Source of the DNA: Ginkgo biloba
Taxonomy: Eukaryota > Plantae > Ginkgophyta
Assembly: GCA_024626585.2 (NCBI GenBank)
Contig: JANKJI020000004.1
Coordinates: 167,298,053 to 167,317,044 of the forward strand
Reading direction: 5' to 3'
DNA: 18,992 nt
Below the pieces are notes generated by a model, which was given only the letters and a program-made list of their open reading frames with translations, was not told where the DNA came from and searched no databases. Below, piece by piece: positions 1 through 10,217 of this stretch (its first letter is position 1; every line of letters starts with the position of its first letter). A program made the translations under genes and the position numbers.

Positions 1-46
1 CCATGACTCTTGCATCCATTAAATTCAATATATGCACTTTCACACA

Positions 47-255
47 TCAAATTGTTGACACTTGCATTTGTTGACACAATAATGTAGGCTTTATATAAAA
101 CATTATTATAAAATGGAATGCCAAAAATAGATGAATGCCATATCTCATGAACATTGAATTTAGCCCAAGTGCTAAAGAGCAACTACTTTTCTTATACTGG
201 GAAATATTCAAATCATATGCATCAAACTTCATAGCCATCAAACTTCATAACCTAT
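47..255 (-). pseudogene. Possible highly decayed LINE reverse transcriptase fragment
   Basis: Translation MAMKFDAYD...LALGLNSMFMR...F.I....KPT loosely follows the plant L1 RT motif KLDMxKAYD...LGF...WI...FSILINGxP. The downstream RQGDPLS motif is not found. Confidence 0.25.
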
Positions 256-1043
256 AAGGTGAACTATAATCTCTTCACAGTTGTACAAAATAAGTAAAAT
301 AAACGCATCTTGTACATTCATGCTTATTAACTTCTCTTTATGAAGGTATGGCGAGAGGATTTTATCATTAATGGGTTTTACGATCATTTGGCACACTCGC
401 TCCCTCTCTTTCGTCTGCTTTTATTCTAATATTTATTTGATGTGACCTAACTCCACTCCTCACTCATATATCTAATGGTATAATAGGGCATTGAAAGCAA
501 TAGTTGACTATTAATGGGCATGTGCTACATCAAATTGATTTATGCCACCTTTAACCAAGTGTATCCGTTTTTTCAAAAAAGAACTTTGGTAATCCAAGAT
601 ATTAAGACCTTAGTCTCCAAATTACATCCTTTAATAGAGTTGAATGCTATCAAATAAGTTTGAAACCATCGAGTGTTAACAAATGGTCAAGGGGTATAGT
701 GAAGTGATGGAGTGAGACTGCAATGAAAAAACTTCCAAATAGTAAAACCCTCACGGAAAGATAAGATGATGTAGTAGACAACAAATTATATTGATTAACG
801 TAGAAGCTTCCTCCGTAACTATGGCGCTAACAATGCGTCACAATGCTTAGTGTTATTTGGACCATTGTTGGTGTCACTATCGATTTCATGTGCAACCCTA
901 TGCATGGACTAATATGCAATGTGAGTATCCAATCCCGTTGTGATATAATCTTATTGGGTTGTTGGCTTTGGGATGCTGCATTGAATCTAAGAGCAAGGTC
1001 ACATAAAAAAGAAGGAACTTGGAATTTTTTCCATCATCGACCT

Positions 1044-1154
1044 CTACTTAAAAGGATAAAAAATTGATTTTAAACTCACTACATTTCTTCCTAGAAAATG
1101 AAAGAAATAACTACTTAAATGGATAAAAAATTGACTTTAAACTCACTACATTTC
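1044..1154. repeat. 44-bp direct repeat, 2 copies (1044-1087, 1111-1154), period 67
   Basis: ctacttaaaaggataaaaaattgattttaaactcactacatttc vs ctacttaaatggataaaaaattgactttaaactcactacatttc, 2 mismatches, followed by an A run. Confidence 0.9.
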
Positions 1155-1196
1155 ATAAAAAAAAAAATGCGCCTAAAACATGGAGCGAACTATTCA

Positions 1197-1326
1197 CCCT
1201 TCAACTTATAACATGTAGCGCATGCAATTGACTCAATGTCCCTTGACTATTAAGTGGTTATGGGAATGTACCATGCGAAGAGACATTGAACCAACTACAT
1301 GGTGCCACGTGCTATAAGTTGAAGGG
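1197..1326. repeat. About 49-bp inverted repeat (foldback, MITE-like) with a 33-nt spacer
   Basis: 1197-1244 aligns to the reverse complement of 1278-1326 with 9 transitions and 1 indel. Weaker similarity extends to about 1168/1360. Confidence 0.85.
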
Positions 1327-1771
1327 CGCATAGGAAGGGTGGCTCCGGCATAAGGGTGCCAGAGAATGGCACCATCAAGGTTGCATTTAAGGTGCAACCT
1401 GATGGATGCATAGACCGCTCCAAATTATCAACGTTGTTACAACCCTTTAGAGCGTAGTCATATGGAGCACTAAACAAGAATTTTTATAGTATCATTTGTG
1501 GACAGGGATTTCGTCGGACTTCTCTTTGCAAAAAGATGCACCGCCTTTTATTCTCTTCTTCAGGAGGTTTGTGGTTATCGTTTTCCATGGCATTTTCTTG
1601 GTTACTCAATATAACTTTACTTTTCTGTCTGATGAAATCACTAGAGTTTATTACATCCCAGGGGAGTGATGAAACTAAGACGTAGAGAATAAGACGGTTT
1701 CAAATTTGTGTATCCAACTGTTGTTGTCACCCAACCAGGATTGTTCACGTTTGCTCGAGTTCGCTCCAACT

Positions 1772-1783
1772 GCAACGGCACCA
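1772..1783 (-). promoter_or_regulatory. Primer binding site, tRNA-Asp type (Athila-like)
   Basis: The minus strand reads TGGTGCCGTTGC, an 11/12 match to the Athila PBS TGGCGCCGTTGC, 2 nt from a putative LTR end. Confidence 0.6.
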
Positions 1784-1785
1784 AA

Positions 1786-2134
1786 TATTGGTATGCGTGA
1801 NNNNNNNNNNNNNNNNAATGGGAGACAATTACAACCACAGGAGATCAAGCAGATAAACATAAGCATAATCATCTAGAGAATGCACATAACTATATGAAAA
1901 TCTAGGAGAATTCATTAAGATAAGGGGACATTTTCGAGTATTACAACTAATAGGAATCACCTCTCTCTCCTCTCAATTACCTTGAGTGACAATATACACA
2001 TACATTTATAGGTGACAGAGGTGGTTGAACACTCCAACTACCATCCTCACCTAATTATCCCTCATACATTAATCAAAGTGACATTAATATTAAAATACAT
2101 TACATTGTAATGTGATAACATTTACCATCCAACA
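1786..2134 (-). mobile_element. Short (about 350 bp) LTR, Athila-type flanks
   Basis: The minus strand starts TGTTGG (2134) and ends CCAATA (decayed CCAACA, 1786). There is a CCTATAAAT TATA-like box near 2004-2012, a PPT directly upstream and a PBS directly downstream. It contains a 16-N run. Confidence 0.65.
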
Positions 2135-2173
2135 CTCCCCCATGCCTAGACCTTTGTCTCGTCTCGAGACAAA
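2135..2173 (-). promoter_or_regulatory. Polypurine tract with upstream 9-bp hairpin
   Basis: Minus strand TTTGTCTCGAGACGAGACAAAGGTCTAGGCATGGGGGAG|TGTTGG resembles the Athila 3' internal end (TTGCTTGAGGACAAGCAA...GGGGGAG). Perfect stem 2153-2161/2165-2173. Confidence 0.65.
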
Positions 2174-2424
2174 CATGTTGAAAGTGGTTTGGATCTTTGC
2201 CTTCATCTTTTGCCGGATTGCCTCGGTAACTAGCGTCAATATCTGCCTTCGTTGAAGTTAGGAACATCCTTATGGTGTATGCTCCATCTACCGGTCTGCT
2301 TGGGTAACCAACTACAACAACCGCNNNNNNNNNNNNNNNNNNNNNNNNNNNNNNNNNNNNNNNNNNNNNNNNNNNNNNNNNNNNNNNNNNNNNNNNNNNN
2401 NNNNNNNNNNNNNNNNNNNNNNNN

Positions 2425-3365
2425 CACTTATCACCATTTTGAAGCACCCAGTATGCTCCTAATTTCTTTTTGGAAATCTGTTGGGATCAATGGGTTGAGA
2501 AATATGGCACATGTTGCCTTCCTACATGTCAAAATTCAGTAGGTCCTCTCACTCAATGTGATCTCCATATCAGGGCACCAGGCAGTGTCGTCTTTCAAGA
2601 TGTCTACGCATGACACTATTTCACTCCGCTTAATCTTTGGGGATCTTTCTCATTTTGGGATTCTTCCCAATACAAGCAAGGAGAATGGATCATTGGGATT
2701 TGCCATGTGTTATCATACAACTCAAAGTGGGACCAGATCACTTCCCTTCCAAACCTTTGTGCCCTAGGAATCCTGCTAGGACACGAGATTTTTCCACTCA
2801 TCATAATCTTGAGAGGTTTGAGGCCCATGGTAATTCTGCTAATCCTTTCAATAATTGATAATCCTTCCTTGGTATGAGGGAGGCGATGGAGCAGTAACCC
2901 ACCATGTGGTTATATCTCATAAATCCTAGATCCTACACACATGACACTCCAATGAGAAAACCCGTGAAATATATCTTTGCATAAATAGTGGCGGGAAAAC
3001 AAAAGAAATGATAGGGCACCATAAGTCACATCAGAGTGGAATACTGTTCATTTATTTTTTAAATGTTACATTCTCATAGGGTGACTCGCTCTTTTATTCG
3101 GGACATGAACATATACGGTGTGAAGGGTCACCTGGGGCATCCATGACAGTGGAGTGTAATGTCTTGTGATGGAATTTCATATACTAGGAAATAACAAAAG
3201 TCACCTGAAATTCCTTTGGTTTGGGAGAATCAAAAGGGCGAGTGAGGTAACAATAGACTCTAGACTTCTACGATGGCTGATAAACACCTCTTTTGTAGGA
3301 AATTAAAAAAAAAAAGGTGGGGTCCCCACTCTTCTTCTCACCACGGGGCGTGTTGGGAAATAATA
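2425..3365 (-). mobile_element. Long-LTR family, copy B (5' part, cut by gap)
   Basis: The minus strand starts TATTATTTCCCAACACGCCCC, matching TGTTGTTTCCCAACACACCCC at 8563. Further shared blocks: GGGACCCC..TTTTT, CCCTATCATTT, ATATATTTCAC.GG, TGTG.AGG. The left boundary is only the gap. Confidence 0.6.
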
Positions 3366-3594
3366 GTATAGATTCACTTATTTAACTAACCTCCACTTCC
3401 TTCTCAAGAAGATCGCATCATGATCCCACAGGTATGGACTTCCCATAACAACCTCAAATACATTGAGAGGCATCACTTCATATTCCACTTCATCAATGAA
3501 CTAGTTCAAAATTTAGAATTTGATTTTACACTCACATGTAACTTCAAGTTTAAATTCCTTTTGTAACCAACCCAATGGATATGGTTTTGGATGT
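3366..3594 (-). pseudogene. Ty3/gypsy (CRM-like) aspartic protease, C-terminal half, decayed
   Basis: Manual translation QHPKPYPLGWLQKEFKLEVTCECKIKF*ILN*FIDEVEYEVMPLNVFEVVMGSPYLWDHDAIF shows the HPxPY/LGW and xLGxPWL-type motifs, with in-frame stops. Confidence 0.85.
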
Positions 3595-3647
3595 TGTTGA
3601 TGGATGTTTTAGTTACACCTACAACGAAGCTGATAATTCGGGTGTTG
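3595..3647. mobile_element. Possible LTR terminus interrupting the protease
   Basis: Protease similarity stops where TGTTGATG... begins. Only about 50 bp precede a gap. Confidence 0.3.
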
Positions 3648-4880
3648 NNNNNNNNNNNNNNNNNNNNNNNNNNNNNNNNNNNNNNNNNNNNNNNNNNNNN
3701 NNNNNNNNNNNNNNNNNNNNNNNNNNNNNNNNNNNNNNNNNNNNNNNGATTCTTTGATAGGAGTTTGAGCTTCATTATTTTTTCCATCTATGTCCCTTCC
3801 TTATACCTTCAATGATACTATTATGCTAAATAATCTTATCGTGGTTGACTCTGCTTCTTGCTATTGCACTTGGCTTAATATACCTTTGTTTTCTATTATG
3901 TCATAGCTAGATCTAGCGTTTCTTAACGTCTCCCTATGATTTTCTGTTGTTTAAAAGCAGCATTCAAATCTGCCAGCATGTTATGCTCAGAGCTCTGTTT
4001 TCCTTTTGCAGTTTTTGCTTCAATTGACAGTGATTTTAATCCATGCTAATCACTGCCAGTCTTTAGCATAACAGACCCCTTAACGCAAAAATGTAATGAT
4101 TACACGACATTTAACACAAAACGTTTTAGCATATCAGAGTTCGCATTGTTCTGGTTTTTGCCTTTTCCTGTTAAGCTTCCAACTCCGATCTGTCCCATCA
4201 TTGGCACTAGACCCATGTTCTCCATCCTCTATTCCATGGTTAAAACTTGTTAAGTCACCCGTGTTCATTTAACTCCATGCATTTGGCATTTGGCATCACA
4301 GTTTGCCCAAGTTCTTAGCTTTCAACGTAAAGGAGACTCTAGTTCATTTATGTTAATGCAATTTGACAAGGGATCTCCTAGGTACATCCAAGTCAGGGAT
4401 TGCCCAATGTTTAACATTTCTGTGTATAGTTTTGCATGTGCTAACAAATGATTACAGATCCCACAGCTGCTAACCTGCAATCGATAACCCCCCCCCCTAA
4501 AATCAAAAAATAAAAAATAAATTAAAACGTTTAACCTAAATCTTTTAATTTTCTCACCCTAGCAATTTTTTCTTCTCATCCCCAATCACATGGATAGTTT
4601 AAAACCATTGCGAAGAGTCTAAGAGTCANNNNNNNNNNACCTTGTTGCCTGAATCATCTCTTTAAACTCTTTCTATTCTATAACAATGACACGACTTGCA
4701 CATTGAGAAAGATTCATTGCTATCGTCCCTCCAGATTGTTGAATATATGTAAAGAAATTTTCCTTTTATCGTTCTTCTTTCATATTGCAAATATAGAATA
4801 CCTCTAAAATAGTCATGTCATTTGTTTGCTATGATGTCTAAGCGTCTAGAGCATACCAATTCACTTGGCATTTTTCCATT

Positions 4881-4934
4881 TCTCCTGTTGAACTAGTCGT
4901 GTTGTTTAGAACTATCTCCTGTTGAACCAGTCGT
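4881..4934. repeat. 20-bp direct repeat, period 34
   Basis: tctcctgttgaactagtcgt (4881) and tctcctgttgaaccagtcgt (4915). Confidence 0.8.
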
Positions 4935-5400
4935 CGTTGAGTTTGACAGAAACATCATATCCATAATTATTTTATATGATAGCTTCCATGATCCATACAA
5001 AAATCTAGAAGAAATGACAACCAGGGTTTGGACAAACTCAATATATGATTTGCCTCATTTTTTAGCTATTATATCAGGTTATGCACATGTGTCAATCCCT
5101 GTTGGATATTTTAAATGTCCACAAGCATAAAATAGAATATGAACACATCATTCAGGTATTGATGAGTTTATTCTAGATTTTTTTGCCGTATAAAATAGAC
5201 ACAAAATCATATTAAGGTGGATTAAAGAAATTAATGTGGGTCTGCGACCAAACTACATTATTTCATATTTGCATGGATCGTTTCACATTTATTTCGAGCA
5301 TATGTTTTGCCAATTCTTTAGCTAGAAAAGGTTTAGTTCTAAGGTGATTGTCTGCTTCAATTTCGAGGATTAGCCACAACTGCTTCATTGTTCCTTGTAG

Positions 5401-5467
5401 GCCACATTGCAGGTGGATTAGCCTGCCTTAGTGTTGGGTCGCTCTTCCAACTTTGCTTGAATTGGAG
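5401..5467 (+). CDS. Candidate 67-nt internal exon of an unidentified host gene
   Basis: Acceptor ttcattgttccttgtag|G and donor GAG|gtgatt. One frame is open (HIAGGLACLSVGSLFQLCLNW). It lies in a stretch without recognisable TE. No protein family recognised. Confidence 0.25.
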
Positions 5468-5637
5468 GTGATTGTGTTTTCAATAGGCATGCACGTAAAA
5501 TGATTGTCTATATGATTTATGTTTAACATTCCCTCATNNNNNNNNNNNNNNNNNNNNNNNNNNNNNNNNNNNNNNNNNNNNNNNNNNNNNNNNNNNNNNN
5601 NNNNNNNNNNNNNNNNNNNNNNNNNNNNNNNNNNNNN

Positions 5638-6015
5638 ACTTCCACAGCTCCTCCAATGGCGTTGGCCCCTGATATATGTCGACAAACTCTGTCGATGTCA
5701 AGATCCTCTAATATTCCACTGACAATTCCAGTCTACAATGCATTTTTATCAAAAATGTCATCTTATTATATGTTCTCACTAATGTCATTATTGACATTTT
5801 ATCAACCCACCAACGTTGTGGATGAACATGACCCTTGTCAATATTAGTACCCAATAATGTCAATTTACCCAAAACTCCTCCACTAACATAGCTCATCGCA
5901 AAATGTTATCATTCTACCAAAAAAATATTTTTATTTTATAATTAAAATCTCGCTCTACCACCCTTTGTCAAAATTGTGCACATTCTTGGGGTGCTACCAT
6001 GATGCTCTTACATCA
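5638..6015 (-). mobile_element. 3' LTR (start) of CRM-like gypsy element
   Basis: TGATGTAA begins directly after the PPT and integrase end. The far end is lost in a gap. Confidence 0.65.
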
Positions 6016-6921
6016 TCCTCCCCTTCTTACAAATATTTGCAGGTCCTTCTGCAAACACTTAGCTTTAAATATTTCCCATTTCATCTTGTTCAAACCTATG
6101 ATTTCATCTTCAATGATCCATGTGCTATCCTCACGGGGTAAACCTTCGCACTTCACTAGATACTTGTTGTAACTTCCCCTTCTAGTTTTCATAGTCTTCA
6201 TGCATAATACTACTTCTACTTGCTCTTTCTCCTTTTTGGGCATCTAACTTTTCCAATCAACCATGGTCACCTCTTTAGTTCTGTCATCACCCTGATATTG
6301 ATACAAATCTATGACGTTGAATATGGGAGAAATGTCTCAGTCTATCGACAGATCTACTTGGTATGCATTTTTGTTAATTTTCTTGATTATCTGATATGGC
6401 CCAATTTTCTTGTACTTGAGCTTGGTATAGGTGCCTATTAGAAATCTATACTTTTTTAGGAATACCATCACCATGTCACTAACTTCAAACTCCTATGCCT
6501 TCGATGTCAGTTTGTTATTGTCTTGTACCATGTATTGCTTTCTACCAACCGTCACTTTACCTCCTCATGGACTTGCTTCAAAATATTTGTCATCTCCTTA
6601 GCATCATCACTAACTCACTCTCTGGTCAAAATGTCAACCAAATCCATGATCGTCTTTGGCATTTGTCCATAGACAACTTAGAAAGGTGACAGCATGGTCG
6701 ATCTATTTATAGAACTATTATAGGCAAAGTTTCCTTGTGCCAACACTTGATCCTAGTAATTTGTTCACTGCCTTAGTTTAATTGTCTGCCTTAGGATGGT
6801 ATGTATTGTTGAATCATAATGTCATGTCTAGTTTCTTCCATGGTGTCTTCCAAAACTGGCTTAGAAACTTACTTTCCCTATCTGGCGTGATACTTCTAGG
6901 CAACCCATATAGCCTAAAAAG
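6013..6921 (-). pseudogene. Ty3/gypsy chromovirus integrase (core, GPY/F) plus chromodomain, decayed
   Basis: [22 protein letters not shown]...[31 protein letters not shown]...[21 protein letters not shown]...ISPIFNVIDL, then KYLVKCEGLPREDSTW. Contains stops, frameshifts and an internal deletion. Confidence 0.9.
6016..6026 (-). promoter_or_regulatory. Polypurine tract
   Basis: Minus strand GAAGGGGAGGA|TGATG. Confidence 0.75.
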
Positions 6922-7159
6922 NNNNNNNNNNNNNNNNNNNNNNNNNNNNNNNNNNNNNNNNNNNNNNNNNNNNNNNNNNNNNNNNNNNNNNNNNNNNNNN
7001 NNNNNNNNNNNNNNNNNNNNNAAATGAAGGTCTCACTCTGGTCACGTCGATACTAACTCTCACTAACACAAGTAGAATTATATGAGCAACAACTTTAATT
7101 GATAACCAATATTCATGCACCCTAAGAGAAATCCCTATTGAAAAAAGGGCGGGGTTACA

Positions 7160-7808
7160 TAACCCCATCGATTATGCTTGTCAACACAACTTAAAATATT
7201 TGACACAAACATTAGTCCATCATGAACTCAAGCATTCTATGATAATAACATAGCCAAGTAAACGATATCTTTAACTGGAGAAACCCTCTCGGGGAATAAA
7301 ACTTTAGGCTCATTAGAATCAAAATATTATATCATTATACAAAATACTTTATGGCTCTTCCTCACACTTAGAGGTAAATACATTTAATCAAAAAATAATT
7401 CGATATGTCAGGCCACTATCCCCAAACCATGAGCTACCTCTCTCATTGAATTTTCTTATCACTCAATGATTACTAATTATTAGAGCCTTCCACTGCTCGA
7501 TATCCTTTCACATTCTCCCTGAGCTACCTCTTTGGCATTATGCCCAGCCTCTAAACTTCCTCTTCAATATTCCTTTATAGGTCAATTCCTCTAATCTATC
7601 AATGGTCCAACCATTAAGTAATCCAACCCATTAGAAACAACTCTTAATAATTAGCTCAGCTCTTCCCTCTTTGAATCAATCTCACCAACCCCTTCTTCTC
7701 TTATCCACTAGCTTTTAATATTGAAATTGAAATGAATAGGAATGGCTTAGGTGCCAATGTTCCTCTACTCTAATAGTTAGGTTAAGTGAGAGTTTAATAC
7801 CTTCAACA
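7160..7808 (-). mobile_element. Probable LTR fragment
   Basis: The minus strand starts TGTTGAAG at 7808, with a CCTATAAAGG TATA-like box near 7572-7581 and an internal repeat tgagctacctct (about 7430 and 7520). The left boundary is uncertain (GGGGTTACA at 7151-7159 may be another LTR end). Confidence 0.4.
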
Positions 7809-7899
7809 TCCATTTTCCATTAATTACCTATAATGGTTCTCCAAAGATTTTCCCTATTCTCATTTATCTTCCTTAGTCACCTGGTAGATGAAATATTAA

Positions 7900-8562
7900 A
7901 TGCATCTTCCTACTAGTAGCATTCATCTGCATGCCTCTGTCAGATTGCCTGCTCTTCAGGTAAGGTTGAACCCTATTGTAAGGAACCTAGGCTTTGTTGG
8001 TTTCACTTCCATTGAGGGGCATTGGGGATGCACAATGGACAACCCTGCAAATCTCCTCTTTTTTTCCATGCTGGCCCAAGCTGAGGGGGAACTAGGTTCT
8101 CCCTTAGCTCAAGATTCCCTTTTTCCCCTCACATAGGTTAAAGAGCCTTTTGTCAAATAATGTGAGATTCTAAAACTTCATATCGACCCTTCTATGGTAG
8201 AGGAGGAAGTGTAGGAATTACAGGATCATGAGTTAATTAGTAGATTCACCTATTTTTTTTCTTCTCTGACTGCCTTAGATACTTGGGCTAAAAACACCTG
8301 GCAAAAACTCATCAAGGGCTCTATAGAGATTGAACCTTGTGGAAAAGGTTTTTTCTTTGATTTATTTCAATCTAAAGAAGAAAGAGAAGTATTTTTTTAA
8401 GGAGGCCCCTATTTCAAGGGAAGGAGTGGGCTTTATCTCAACTACTAGCACTTTGGTTTTGACCCTTCTAAGGACATTACAACAGAGGTACCTTTGTGGG
8501 TTCACTTACCCTTCTTTCCTTACTATTTGCTTAATGAAGTTATTCTTTCTCAGATAGGTAAT
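7900..8562 (+). pseudogene. L1-type LINE ORF1 (DUF4283-like), decayed and truncated by LTR insertion
   Basis: One frame with stops: LISRF...LDTWAKNTW...CGKGFFFDLFQSKEERE...GGPYF...LYLNY*HFGFDP...VPLWVHLPFFP...LSQIGN. This is the typical GPW/F, W..F.P, P.WV.LP, IGN series. Confidence 0.9.
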
Positions 8563-9563
8563 TGTTGTTTCCCAACACACCCCATATTGAGAACAAGGCA
8601 GGGACCCCCTTTTTAGAATCTAAGCATCAAGTGCAAAGGCCTTTATCATATTTCCATCATTTTCACCATTCAAACTTCAAGTCTAAAAACCCATAAGGTT
8701 GTCTTANNNNNNNNNNNNNNTTGTCTTATTTAGTCCCCAAATGTAAAAAATTCCCTTTATGGGTTGTTCCACCCCTATGTGATGCTCTAAAATGATCGTA
8801 GCACCAGATACCTTTGTATTTCTTAAAAGAAAGAGTAGGCACCCATGCAAACACTTAGCATATGGAATACAAACTTATGTTCCATATTTGTGTGCCATGT
8901 GACACCCTATCATTTTTTTTCATTTCCTTGTATTATTTTATTATTTTATAAAAAATATATTTCACAGGGGATTTATGGATTATCTTATGTGCAGGTCTCA
9001 AGTTTAGTGAGATGGTGACATGTGGCAGGATAGCACTGCCTTGCCCCCGCATTTAAAAGGGGAAATAAATTTTGATGTAATGTTGGGTGAATTTACTGTA
9101 AATGCCAAATCATACTAAAGGATGATGCATGGTGCCATCCCAAAATCCTAGAGCCCATAGTGGTTCCCAATCACTTAGTCATTTTTGTGAGGTGCTGCGG
9201 TCCCAAAGTGAGCGAGATATCAACGCGTGTCTAGATCTCGTCCCATGTCCGTTCATGAAGTTTTTCAAGAATCACTAATAGAGTCAAATTCGCTAGCTCT
9301 AGGAGCCTCACAAATATGCTAGGTGGCACGATCTCATGTGTCTTGGTCTTGCAGCATTTAAAAAATTGGGAGACCAAGCCTAAAAGATACATGGGTGTGA
9401 GAGGCCCTGACAAGGCGACAGGTGGTATGCCCTCAGGGATCCTCCCAAAAAAAAAAAAAAAANNNNNNNNNNNNNNNNNNNNNNNNNNNNNNNNNNNNNN
9501 NNNNNNNNNNNNNNNNNNNNNNNNNNNNNNNNNNNNNNNNNNNNNNNNNNNNNNNNNNNNNNT

Positions 9564-9902
9564 TCCCAGGATGTTTAGGAAGATAATCCCAACACCATAG
9601 AGCACAAAGTGGAGAAGAGAAATTATGAGAAGGGCCAATGGGTGCACCACTCTCCCACTCATGTTACCCATTGGGAGGCATATCTCATGGATAAGGAGAT
9701 GATCAGATCTCTTGAAGCAGATATCTCTAGGTTGGACAAGTCTATCAAGGTAATACAAGAGGAGCTCAGACAGGTTAGGGATGCTAATCAAGGTGTCTCA
9801 ATTGCAACAATCCACATATTACATGAGTTATCTCATATCCGATGCCAACTCTAGCCTAACGCTCTATGTCACCCACCTGATGATGAATTCGATAGTCCAT
9901 GA
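9564..9902 (+). pseudogene. Coiled-coil ORF of unknown function (open core 9609-9854)
   Basis: Heptads IRSLEAD-ISRLDKS-IKVIQEE-LRQVRDA have hydrophobic a/d positions. The frame continues past single stops on both sides. Confidence 0.5.
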
Positions 9903-10210
9903 CCCACCCCGATCAAGCCTAATGGAGAAATTTTAATGCACGAATCAAGGGACCACAGAGGCCAGAACGATTAGAGTGGTTTGCCTTCTCTTTTTGTCCT
10001 TTTATGCCTACGTCAAGTCATGATCAACTTTATTTTACCAACTCATAGTTCTAGAGGTACCCACTTTTCCTCGAAGCGTGAAGACTCTAACAAGAGCATC
10101 ATGATGGAGCGTGGAAGGTTTTCCAACAGTTTCTTGACCAAGGGTGCTTGAGGGTTACTATGGTTAGCTTGTGGGTTAGGGGAGAAATATAAAATGTAAA
10201 ATCTAGGTTC

Positions 10211-10217
10211 TATATAA
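10211..10217 (+). promoter_or_regulatory. TATA box of LTR
   Basis: cTATATAAgg followed about 180 bp later by AATAAA. Confidence 0.5.

Noticed and set aside
1044-1154. Repeat-spacer-repeat resembling a CRISPR unit
   Set aside because: Only two copies, no cas genes, plant retroelement context. It is a simple duplication.
5640-5649. ttccacagct matching the start of miR396
   Set aside because: Only 10 nt, with no visible precursor.
7151-7166. Palindrome ggggtta-ca-taacccc
   Set aside because: A 7-bp stem with a 2-nt loop at a probable element junction, with no supportable function.
8699-8728. ttgtctta duplicated on both sides of a short N run
   Set aside because: Most likely a contig-overlap artefact.
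9231-9791. 186-aa minus-strand ORF and other ORFs containing X runs
   Set aside because: Length depends on reading through 100-N gaps of unknown true size. The hydrophobicity is the antisense shadow of purine-rich sequence.
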